A stretch of 64,000 nt of DNA. Origin: an uncultured Clostridia bacterium. GTDB taxonomy: Bacteria > Bacillota > Clostridia > TANB77 > CAG-508. Positions 1 through 8,723 of the stretch are shown one piece after another; within the stretch, counting starts at the first letter, position 1, and each line of letters starts with the position of its first letter. A program made the position numbers and the translations under genes. The stretch lies in assembly GCA_934168355.1 (NCBI GenBank), contig CAKPNI010000004.1, forward strand, positions 730-64,729, written 5' to 3'. Below the pieces are notes generated by a model. It was not told the origin of the DNA. It searched no databases and worked only from the letters and a program-made list of their open reading frames with translations.

Positions 1-1937
1 TGTTGATCCATTATGTATAATTCATCATCTATTTCTAAAATTATGTATGTATTAAATGCTATTCCTATAAATTTATATTGAATTTTTTGAGCATCTGCAT
101 TACTTTCAAACATTGATACATTTTTATCTTCCATATTGTCATCTAATGCATAAAATCCATCATCTTCTTCCTTTTTCTCAGCCTCTGGTTGCTTTCTGCC
201 TCCATATGGCTCTTTTCCAAATAATTCTTTATACATTTCTTCGAATGATAAGATTTTTTCTTTGCTATCCTGAGGTGATGTTTTTTCTGATGTTTGTTGC
301 TCTTGGTTTGTTTCTACATTTTGAGATACATATGGATTATTTGGTATTTCATCTTTCTCGTTGTGATTTGTGATTTGATTATTTTCATTTGTATTTTCTC
401 CATATGATACTTCGTCTTCATTTAATACTTGTTCATTTTCGTTATCTTTATCGGAATTATCAAATACAATTGGTATTATTGTTTCATTTTCTAAACTTTC
501 ACTATTATTTTTTTCTTCTTGTAATACTTTTGGCAATTCATTTTCGTCTTGTGTGGCTTCAGTTGTTTCTTCCTTACTTTCTTGCTCTACAACAGGCGAA
601 ATTATATCATTATATTTTTGTTCCATCTCTTTATATGTATCTGTTAATTGTAGATTTGGATTTTGTTCAACTTCTTTTTTCAAATCTTCTTGTAATGATT
701 TAAGCTTGTCAAATATTTCTTGGTTTGACATTACTGTCTTATTCTCAAGTACCGAATTTACAGGATTTACATCTATTGGACTATTTGCATCTTTTCTACT
801 ATTAAATACATCTTCTACAATATTTCCGCTTGGCTCTTGAGTAGCTACTGAATAAGTTTTGGCTGCTAATTCATTTGCGTTTTGTATTTTAAATGCATTC
901 TCATTTGCTTTTTTTATTTCTTCTGTTTTTTCTCTTTCTGTCATAAATCCTGCATTTAATAATGTATCTTTTATAGCATGAAACATTGATTTAAAAGCTA
1001 TACTTTCTTCTGCAAATCTTACCTCTAACTTTGCTGGATGAACATTAACATCAACCTTTGATGGAGGCATTTCTATATCTAAAACTAAAAACGCAAATTT
1101 TCCAATTGGAAGCATTCCCTTAAAAGCTTGTTCAACTGCTGATGACAATGTCTTGTCTTTTATGTATCTTTTATTTACAAAAAATATTTGATTAGACCTA
1201 TTTGACCTTGCAATAGTTGGCTTTCCTATTACTCCTTTTATTTTCATGTACTCATATTCATAGTCTACATTTATTATATTGTTTGCAACTTCTTTTCCGA
1301 ATATGCTATATATTACACCTGTTAAATCCCCATTTCCATTTGTTTGAAGAACTATCTTTCCAGAGTTTATAAATTTTATTGCTATTTCTGGGTGAACTAA
1401 TGCTATTCTGGTTACCACATCTTCAATGTAACCTGATTCTGTAAAGTCTTTCTTTAAAAATTTATATCTTACAGGTGTATTAAAAAATAGATTTCTGACT
1501 GTGATTGTTGTTCCTTTTGAACATCCTATTTCATCAAATGACAAAACATCTCCACCTTCAACTACAATTCTATTTCCTATATCTTCATTTTCTGTCTTAC
1601 TTACAAGCTCTACATTTGCAATCGCTGCAATACTTGCTAATGCTTCTCCTCTGAACCCCATAGATTTTACAGTATCTAAGTCATCAGCATTTCTTATCTT
1701 ACTTGTTGCATGACGCTCAAATGCTAGCTCTACATCATCTTTTGCTATTCCTTTTCCGTTATCTGTTATTCTTATAAATGAAATTCCTCCATTTTTTATC
1801 TCTATTGTAACATGAGTCGCACCTGCATCTATTGAGTTTTCAACCATTTCTTTTATTACTGATGCTGGTCTTTCTATAACTTCTCCTGCTGCTATTTTGT
1901 TTATTGTTAAATCATCTAATAATACTATGTTTCCCAT
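1..1937 (-). CDS. mutL: DNA mismatch repair protein MutL (3' end runs off left window edge)
   Basis: Reverse translation from ATG at 1937 gives MGNIVLLDDLTINKIAAGEVIERPASVIKEMVENSIDAGATHV..GFRGEALASI (GHKL ATPase motifs). It is still open at position 1 in the C-terminal motif YIILEIDDELYIMDQ. No stop lies in the window, so it is missing from the ORF track. Confidence 0.92.
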   Translation of the reverse strand, partial: MGNIVLLDDLTINKIAAGEVIERPASVIKEMVENSIDAGATHVTIEIKNGGISFIRITDNGKGIAKDDVELAFERHATSKIRNADDLDTVKSMGFRGEALASIAAIANVELVSKTENEDIGNRIVVEGGDVLSFDEIGCSKGTTITVRNLFFNTPVRYKFLKKDFTESGYIEDVVTRIALVHPEIAIKFINSGKIVLQTNGNGDLTGVIYSIFGKEVANNIINVDYEYEYMKIKGVIGKPTIARSNRSNQIFFVNKRYIKDKTLSSAVEQAFKGMLPIGKFAFLVLDIEMPPSKVDVNVHPAKLEVRFAEESIAFKSMFHAIKDTLLNAGFMTEREKTEEIKKANENAFKIQNANELAAKTYSVATQEPSGNIVEDVFNSRKDANSPIDVNPVNSVLENKTVMSNQEIFDKLKSLQEDLKKEVEQNPNLQLTDTYKEMEQKYNDIISPVVEQESKEETTEATQDENELPKVLQEEKNNSESLENETIIPIVFDNSDKDNENEQVLNEDEVSYGENTNENNQITNHNEKDEIPNNPYVSQNVETNQEQQTSEKTSPQDSKEKILSFEEMYKELFGKEPYGGRKQPEAEKKEEDDGFYALDDNMEDKNVSMFESNADAQKIQYKFIGIAFNTYIILEIDDELYIMDQ

Positions 1938-1960
1938 ATAATTTCATCCTTTCTTTTTTG

Positions 1961-2018
1961 GGATTTCGCATTGGGGACGGTTCTTTTCGCAAAAAGAACC
2001 GTCCCCAATGCGAAATCC
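1961..2018. repeat. GC-rich palindromic intergenic element (REP-like), long version
   Basis: ggatttcgcattggggacggttctttt / aaaagaaccgtccccaatgcgaaatcc forms a stem of about 27 bp. Same core as the copies at 2433, 5768, 7544, 11472, 19779 and 44753. Confidence 0.9.
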
Positions 2019-2140
2019 AAAAAAATTATATCATTAAAAATTTATGTTTTCAACTGCTGTAACACATTTTTTTTTAATTCATATTATATAGCATACGAAA
2101 GTTAAAAAATTAAAAATCTTTAAGCAAGGAGGTTTCTTAT

Positions 2141-2257
2141 ATGTGCTGTAACAATGACGAAATTCTTTGGTTCATTATTCTTTTCTTACTCCTTTTCTGT
2201 GGCGGATGTGGAAACAGAGGTTGTTGTAACCAAGGGCCACAATCTAATTGCTGCTAA
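2141..2257 (+). CDS. 38-aa Cys/Gly-rich single-TM micropeptide
   Basis: Strong RBS aaggagg sits 8 nt upstream of the ATG. Product is MCCNNDEILWFIILFLLLFCGGCGNRGCCNQGPQSNCC. It is a paralogue of the next ORF and too short for the ORF track. Confidence 0.6.
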   Translation: MCCNNDEILWFIILFLLLFCGGCGNRGCCNQGPQSNCC

Positions 2258-2293
2258 TATACTTAAAATTTAGTTTTTGTAGAAAGGTGGTGA

Positions 2294-2422
2294 ATGATTA
2301 TGCCAGAAAATAGAGGTGGATGCGGCTGTGGATTCGGATTTGGTGATGACTGCTGCTGGATTATAATTCTTATCCTTCTTATATTCTGCTGTTGCGGTGG
2401 AAATAGAGGCGGATGCTGCTAG
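2294..2422 (+). CDS. 42-aa Cys/Gly-rich single-TM micropeptide (start may be ATG at 2300)
   Basis: RBS aaaggtgg. Product is MIMPENRGGCGCGFGFGDDCCWIIILILLIFCCCGGNRGGCC, with the same architecture as 2141..2257. A palindromic hairpin follows. Confidence 0.6.
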   Translation: MIMPENRGGCGCGFGFGDDCCWIIILILLIFCCCGGNRGGCC

Positions 2423-2432
2423 TATTTTGAAA

Positions 2433-2469
2433 CGGGGACGGTTCTTTTTTGAAAAAGGAACCGTCCCCA
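2433..2469. repeat. REP-like palindrome copy (probable terminator of the micropeptide pair)
   Basis: cggggacggttc-tttttt/gaaaaa-ggaaccgtcccca, followed by tttt. Confidence 0.85.
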
Positions 2470-2539
2470 TTTTGAAAAAATTTATAAAAAGTATTGTCAT
2501 TTTCTTTTTTTTGTGTTATTATAAGAAAGTAATTTTTAT

Positions 2540-2614
2540 AGGAGTATAGTGTCAATGGTAGCACATCGGTCTCCAAAACCGCCTGTGAGGGTTCGAGTCC
2601 TTCTACTCCTGCCA
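2540..2614 (+). tRNA. trnW: tRNA-Trp (anticodon CCA), CCA end encoded
   Basis: Acceptor aggagta/tactcct, anticodon loop ctCCAaa, T-arm gggttcgagtcc, 3' gcca. Resembles Firmicutes tRNA-Trp. Confidence 0.88.
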
Positions 2615-2650
2615 ATACCTTAGTTTTTTTTTTACTTTCTCCAATACAAA

Positions 2651-2684
2651 AATGGAACATCAATATATTGGTGTTCCATTTTTA
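2651..2684 (+). terminator. Rho-independent terminator after tRNA-Trp
   Basis: aatggaaca / tgttccatt stem followed by tttt. Confidence 0.7.
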
Positions 2685-2699
2685 CATTAAAATCATTCC

Positions 2700-2959
2700 T
2701 TACTCCCAAACAATGTCAGACACTTTGCTTAAAATAGTAACTAAACCTATTGTTTGACATAATTCACTAGCTTTCCTATTCGTTTCTGTATAATCACTTA
2801 GAACTTCGCGTATCTTCTTTATTTTCGCTTCATCTACATCATAAAATTTTGACCGTGTATAACTACTCCCTTCTACCATGTAAATTACAAAAATACCACT
2901 GCGTTTTCCCTCGCTAAACCTACGAATTTTAAAGCCATCGATTGGTCTTAATTCAGTCA
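2700..2959 (-). CDS. hypothetical small protein; contains the only in-frame CGG in the window that does not need a frameshift
   Basis: ORF track 2700..2987. RBS ggagg precedes MTELRPIDGF. Arg codons are CGT/CGC/CGG/AGG, unlike neighbouring genes, which mostly use AGA. Lies next to a tRNA gene. Confidence 0.5.
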
Positions 2960-3050
2960 TAATTTTTCCTCCTGCAAATATAAGCATATTAACTGTTACC
3001 TTTTAATTCTACCACATTTATATGTCGAAAACAACCTATTTATTCCTATT

Positions 3051-5690
3051 TTAATAATAAATACTTTTTCTAGAATCTAAATATAATTTTTTATCTTCAA
3101 ATATTTTCTTAACTTTCTTATTTATTTCTATAATTAGAACTGGCATAACTGAAATTAATATTGTGTATACCCACTGAATTCCATTTAATGGTACTAATTC
3201 AAAAATACTAGCAAAATAAGGTACAACAACTACTATCACCTGCAACAAAGTTCCAAGCAGCAAACTTCCTATCAAATATTTATTCTCAAAAAATCCAACT
3301 TTAAAAATAGATTCTTCTGATTTTACATTAAAACTATGTACTAATTCAAGCATTCCAAGTGCCACAAATGCCATTGTTCTTCCAACTGTTAAACCAAATA
3401 ATCTTGTTCCTAAAGAAAATGCAAATAAAGTCAAACATCCAAGCATTACACCCTCTGTAATAATTTTCTGCCAAAGGCCACCAGCAAATATACTCTCTTT
3501 TGAATTTCTTGGCTTTCTATTCATTATGTCTTTTTCTTCTCTTTCTAGTCCTAACGCAATTGCTGGGAATGAGTCTGTAACTAGGTTTATCCATAAAAGT
3601 TGAATTGCAAGTAAAGGTGACTCCATTCCAGAAAGTAAACCTATAAAAATTGTTGTAATCTCTCCAATATTTGTTGCAATTAAAAAGTGTATTGCCTTTT
3701 TTATATTATCATAAATCGTTCTTCCTTGCCTTACCGCTTCTATTATTGTTACAAAATTATCGTCTGCAAGTATCATATCTGATGCATTTTTGGCTACATC
3801 TGTTCCACCTTTTCCCATTGCTATTCCTATATCTGCATTTTTTAAGGCTGGACTGTCATTTACGCCATCACCAGTCATTGCAACAACTTTTCCTTGTTTT
3901 TGCCATGCTTTTACAATTCTTACTTTATGTTCAGGTGTAACCCTTGCAAATACCGAGTAACTTGCTATATTTCTTTCTAACTCTTCATCTGATATTTTAT
4001 TTAATTCATTTCCCGTTATTGCTTTTTCTCCTGTTTTTAAAATTCCTAATTCTTTTGCAATTGCTTTTGCTGTTGCAATATGGTCTCCGGTTATCATCAC
4101 TGTTTTTATTCCTGCTTTTTGGCAAGTTTCTACCGCTTCTTTTACTCCATCTCTAGGTGGGTCTATCATTCCGATTAATCCTACAAAAATAAGCTTTTCT
4201 TCCAATTCATAATTTGCCTTGCCAAAATAATCCAATTCTTTATAACCCACTGCTATTACTCTTAAAGCCTCATCTGCCATATTTTCATTTTGCTTTTTTA
4301 TTTCTTCCATTTTTGATTGTGTTAAATTTTCTATTTTTCCATTTTCATATATCCTATTACATTTTCCAATTAAAATATCAGGTGCACCTTTAGTTATACT
4401 TATATATCCTCCATTTTGCTTTTTATGTATTGTTGTCATCATTTTTCTATTTGATTCAAATGGCAATTCACTTATTCTTTGATTTTCTTTATATAATCTG
4501 TCTTTATTTATATTTTCATTTAAGGCTTTATTTACAATAGCCGCTTCTGTTGGCTCTCCGCTTGCAACTAATCTTCCATTTTCGTCATTTTTTATTATAC
4601 AGTCTGTACACATTGAACCTAATTCTAATAATAATTTTGAATTCGAAGAAACCGTTTTTACAACTGTCATTTTATTTTGAGTTAATGTACCTGTTTTGTC
4701 AGAACATATTACATTACTACTTCCCAAAGTTTCAACCGCTGGTAATTTTCTAATTATTGCATTTTTCTTTGCCATTTTTGTTACACCAATTGATAACATT
4801 ATTGTAACAATTGCAGGTAAGCCCTCTGGTATTGCTGCAACTGCTAAACCAACAGATGTCATGAACATTTCGACAGGTTCTATTTTTTTGATAAGTCCAA
4901 TTATGAAAATTATTGCACATATCGCCAAACACACAATTCCAAGGATTTTTCCAACCTCTCCTAGCTTTTTTTGTATAGGTGTTTCTGGTGCTTCGTCTTC
5001 AATTATCATATTTGCTATTTGTCCAATTTTGGTGTTCATTCCTATTTCAGTCACTATTGCCTTTCCTCTTCCGCTTACTACTATACTTGCCATAAATGCC
5101 ATATTTTTCATATCACCTAATGGAATATCTTCTTTATTTATTACTTGGCTTGTTTTGGTAACTGGTTCTGTTTCTCCTGTTAAACTTGATTCTTCTATTT
5201 TTAGGTTAAATTCTTCTATTATTCTACAATCTGCTGGTACATAATTTCCATCCGATAATTCTATTATGTCTCCTTGTACTAGCTCTTCTGCTAATATTTC
5301 TTTTGTTTCTCCATCTCTTATTACTTTGGCTATTTGTGGTGTTAATTTTTTTAGGCTTTCTATTGATTTTTCGGCTCTTTCTTCTTGAATTAATCCCATT
5401 ATTGCATTTAGTACTACTATTGCAATTATTATTATAGAGTCTATGTAGTCATTTTGTCCTTGCATATATGATACTGCTGCTGATATTATTGAGGCTATTA
5501 TTAGTATAATTATCATAAAATCATTGAATTGTTTTATAAATTTTATTATTATGTTTTCTTTTTTCTTTTCTTTAAGTTTATTTTTTCCTTGCTTTTCTTG
5601 CCTTTTTTGTACCTCTTGATTTGTAAGTCCTTTTTGGATATTTGTGTTTAGTATTCTTTCTGTTTCATATGTATTTTTGGTATGCCACAT
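3051..5690 (-). CDS. cation (Ca2+-type) transporting P-type ATPase
   Basis: Motifs SLTGETEP, CSDKTGTLTQN, MITGDH and TGDGVNDSPALK, with 10 TM-like segments. Start taken at MWHTKN (RBS aaaggagag). Confidence 0.88.
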   Translation of the reverse strand: MWHTKNTYETERILNTNIQKGLTNQEVQKRQEKQGKNKLKEKKKENIIIKFIKQFNDFMIIILIIASIISAAVSYMQGQNDYIDSIIIIAIVVLNAIMGLIQEERAEKSIESLKKLTPQIAKVIRDGETKEILAEELVQGDIIELSDGNYVPADCRIIEEFNLKIEESSLTGETEPVTKTSQVINKEDIPLGDMKNMAFMASIVVSGRGKAIVTEIGMNTKIGQIANMIIEDEAPETPIQKKLGEVGKILGIVCLAICAIIFIIGLIKKIEPVEMFMTSVGLAVAAIPEGLPAIVTIMLSIGVTKMAKKNAIIRKLPAVETLGSSNVICSDKTGTLTQNKMTVVKTVSSNSKLLLELGSMCTDCIIKNDENGRLVASGEPTEAAIVNKALNENINKDRLYKENQRISELPFESNRKMMTTIHKKQNGGYISITKGAPDILIGKCNRIYENGKIENLTQSKMEEIKKQNENMADEALRVIAVGYKELDYFGKANYELEEKLIFVGLIGMIDPPRDGVKEAVETCQKAGIKTVMITGDHIATAKAIAKELGILKTGEKAITGNELNKISDEELERNIASYSVFARVTPEHKVRIVKAWQKQGKVVAMTGDGVNDSPALKNADIGIAMGKGGTDVAKNASDMILADDNFVTIIEAVRQGRTIYDNIKKAIHFLIATNIGEITTIFIGLLSGMESPLLAIQLLWINLVTDSFPAIALGLEREEKDIMNRKPRNSKESIFAGGLWQKIITEGVMLGCLTLFAFSLGTRLFGLTVGRTMAFVALGMLELVHSFNVKSEESIFKVGFFENKYLIGSLLLGTLLQVIVVVVPYFASIFELVPLNGIQWVYTILISVMPVLIIEINKKVKKIFEDKKLYLDSRKSIYY

Positions 5691-5767
5691 TTTTATCTCT
5701 CCTTTCGTTTTGGACTTTGTCCTATTTTTATATATGCTCAGTTGAGAGATTTTATGCAAAATTTCTG

Positions 5768-5807
5768 ATTGGGGACGGTTCCTTTCGCGAAAAGAACCGT
5801 CCCCAAT
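5768..5807. repeat. REP-like palindrome copy
   Basis: attggggacggttcctttcgcgaaaagaaccgtccccaat, between the end of the LamG-type gene and the start of the ATPase gene. Confidence 0.9.
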
Positions 5808-5816
5808 ACGAAAAAA

Positions 5817-7140
5817 TTACTTTTTAGAAAGATTATGATAAGCCATTGTCTTTATAGCATTTTGTAATATTTCATCAGAAGATAAAGTTTTATTATAGAG
5901 TCTTGTGGTATAACAAAGACCGTTTGGCATAACACCAATTGCCCTGTTTACTTATGGTACATCGTCCTATCTCAATAAATTTTAAATACTTTGCTGTGTT
6001 AACAAATTTATCGTAATATGCTTTTGTGAGCCATCCTGTATCCAATAAATTTCCATTTATATAAATTGATTGAGTAGGTTTATCTGAATTTGAAGGGTCA
6101 AATACAATAGTTAAATAAACATTATCATCAATAAAATTTGTAATTTCATATTGTTGATTATGAGGATATTTAGCTTCTGGCCAACTGCCGCATTCATCAG
6201 GATCCTCTAAGGATAAACTATAATGAAGCTTTTTCTTATCATATAGATATCCAAATCTTGTTTGACATTGATCATTAAAATTTCCTGTCCATAAACTAAC
6301 CAATGGAGTAAACTTTGATTCATAAAAAGAGTATAAAAAAGAATTCAAATTTCCATAAAATTCAAAGGTAAAACCATTAGAAAAATCAAATCCTTCATCA
6401 TTATAAATTTCAATGTAATTATTTCCATTAAATTTAAAAGCATTCTTTTCTAAATCAATAAAGTCTTTTGGAGTATTAGATAGTTGCCTATCATATCCAG
6501 AAAAATTAGTAACATATTTGTACGGTAATTGCTCATTAAAAGCACTTTTTCTTTTGTCATAAGAATTGTATATTGAATCATCATAATAATATAAACTAAC
6601 ATTATCTCCCCAAGTTGAAATATCATCACTTCCAATATTTGCAGCATCTATATTGAATAAGAGTCCATCAGACACTGCAAGACCAGAGGCGGAAGATAAT
6701 TCGGTAAAAGTGTTTTCCTCTAATTTTATTATTTCGCCATTATTGTAATTAACTAACCAATTATATTTAGTTAAGCCGTAATCAGGAATATTAGTATTTT
6801 TGGGAATATAATTCCAAGAGTCGCCGTAACGTTGTTGAGAACTATTTATAACAATAAGATCCCATTGAGAATTATTAAATTTGGGATTATTTAATTTTTT
6901 CCCAATAAAGTATTTATTGGAATTATCTAAAGAGTTTTCCATAGAAGCAAGAGTATAGACAAGTTCTATTGCTTCTTTTTCATTGGATACAAGACTTAAT
7001 TTTTGAGCATCAACAGCTTTGGTTAATAATCCATTTTCTCCAGTTAGCAAAGAAACACTAACTCCGGCTAAAATTATTAGAATAATAATTGTTACAACCA
7101 ATGCAATTAAAGTGATGCCTTTTTCATTAGAGATTTTCAT
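5817..7140 (-). CDS. prepilin-like N-terminus + LamG/concanavalin-like domain protein; needs +1 shift at CGG 5920..5922
   Basis: N-terminus MKISNEKGITLIALVVTIIILIILAGVSVSLLTGENGLLTKA. The zero frame ends ..GNWCYAKRSLLYHKTL* at 5893. Skipping the C of CGG gives ..YAK-GLCYTTRLYNKTLSSDEILQNAIKTMAYHNLSKK*, the typical LamG C-terminal RxYNxxLSxxEI motif, with the stop at 5817. Confidence 0.7.
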
Positions 7141-7288
7141 AAAAATCATTTCCTTTCTTTAAATCATTTGTACAAATAAAAAACCGACTAAACGACCAAT
7201 ATCAATTTAATTATAATGGTTATATAACCAATAGTCAAGTGTCCTACAAAAATTATATAATTAAAATATAAAATTTTAGGAGAAATAA

Positions 7289-7531
7289 ATGGTTAAATTA
7301 AAGATAGAAAATGGAGAATTTAATTTTAAGTTAGATGACATATTAAAATTTAAAAAGCTAAGTATAAATAAATTAATGAGAGAAACTAATACAGATTTTA
7401 AAGTAATAAAAAGGATAATGACAGGAGAGTTAGTTAGATTTGATATTTTTGTAATAGCAAGATTATGTGATTATTTGGGATGTACAATTACTGATATAAT
7501 TGAATATATTCCTAATGAAAAGATTGGTTAA
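7289..7531 (+). CDS. XRE/Cro-type helix-turn-helix protein
   Basis: 80 aa, ..LSINKLMRETNTDFKVIKRIMTGE..LCDYLGCTITDIIEY, the pattern of small HTH regulators. Confidence 0.65.
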   Translation: MVKLKIENGEFNFKLDDILKFKKLSINKLMRETNTDFKVIKRIMTGELVRFDIFVIARLCDYLGCTITDIIEYIPNEKIG

Positions 7532-7543
7532 ATAGTTTTTCGT

Positions 7544-7584
7544 ATTGGGGACGGTTCTTGTAGCTTAAAAGAACCATCCCCAAT
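7544..7584. repeat. REP-like palindrome copy (one mismatch) between convergent genes
   Basis: attggggacggttctt-gtagcttaa-aagaaccatccccaat. Confidence 0.85.
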
Positions 7585-7593
7585 GCAAAAAAT

Positions 7594-8115
7594 TTATTCA
7601 ACTAACCTCTTAACCTCTTCATCCTTCTTCATTCTCTCGCTCAAATAATGAAAAGCAACTTTATTTTGTCCAACTGCAATCTTAGCAATTTCCTCATTAT
7701 CACGAAGCCTAAAACTTGCATACTTCACAATAATTCCCTTATTACTAACAGCCGCTTTCACAACATCATAATCATCTCTTAACTCTGTACTTGCAAAATA
7801 CAAAGTTTGCCCATAAGATTCTACACTTGATAGTACTACATCCTTATCTGCTCTTAAAGTTTCAGATGCATAACAAGCTGTCCAAGGAGCACCTTTAATT
7901 GCAAGTAACATTAATTCTTTATTATCTTTTAGTCTATTACTTGCAAATTCCATTGCTTCACCATCATTTTCTAAAGCTGTTTTTACCACTTCTTCATCAT
8001 CTCTTAGTCTATCTGATGCCCATTCTAACAGCTTTCCCTGCTCAGCTACTGCCTTTAATACATATTCTTTATTATCACAATTTGCTCTAATTGCTGTAAC
8101 TTCTGGTGCTTCCAT
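7594..8115 (-). CDS. DUF4116-type repeat protein
   Basis: Tandem repeats of about 30 aa of the form ..YAS..LRDDxEVVxxAV..NG. Confidence 0.6.
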   Translation of the reverse strand: MEAPEVTAIRANCDNKEYVLKAVAEQGKLLEWASDRLRDDEEVVKTALENDGEAMEFASNRLKDNKELMLLAIKGAPWTACYASETLRADKDVVLSSVESYGQTLYFASTELRDDYDVVKAAVSNKGIIVKYASFRLRDNEEIAKIAVGQNKVAFHYLSERMKKDEEVKRLVE

Positions 8116-8130
8116 TTATATCACTTCCTA

Positions 8131-8710
8131 TTAATTGCTTTTTCCATATATATCTTTATAAATTTCATAATCTCTTAAAATCTTTCTAACATAATTATTA
8201 GTTTCTGTAAAAGGAACATTTTCTATATCTGACCCATCTGCTTTCAAAGTCCCCTTTTCTATCCAACCATCAACATTTCCGCTTCCTGCATTATAGGCTG
8301 CTAATGCTAAATTTATATTGTCATATTTTTGAATTAACATAGATATATATTTTGTACCTAAATTTATGTTTATATCTGGTTCTAAAATATTTTCCTCATT
8401 TAAATCAATATTTATTCTTTTGGCTATATCTTCTGCAGTTGAATACATAAGTTGCATAAGACCTTTTGCTTCTCTATGTGATACTGCATCAGGCTCAAAA
8501 TTGCTTTCTGCTTTTATTATTGCATATATTAAGTATTCATCTACCCCATATTCGTTTGCATATTTTTTTACATATTCTGTATATTCTTGTTTATATACTT
8601 TTGTGAGTATTTGATTTCTTATTGTTTTAAAATCTATTTTTCCTAAAATTGATAAGACTATTCCGCACTAATATTATTAGTATAATTATTTTCTTTATTA
8701 GTTTAATCAA
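8131..8710 (-). CDS. lytic transglycosylase (SLT domain) with N-terminal membrane anchor; needs +1 shift at CGG 8663..8665
   Basis: SLT motifs AESNFEPDAVSHREAKGLMQLM and AAYNAGSGNV. TTG start with RBS aaaggag gives LIKLIKKIIILIILV. Zero frame gives RNSLINFRKNRF*. The +1 frame gives GIVLSILGKIDFKTIRNQ.., which runs into the SLT domain. Confidence 0.7.
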
Positions 8711-8723
8711 TTTTTTCTCCTTT

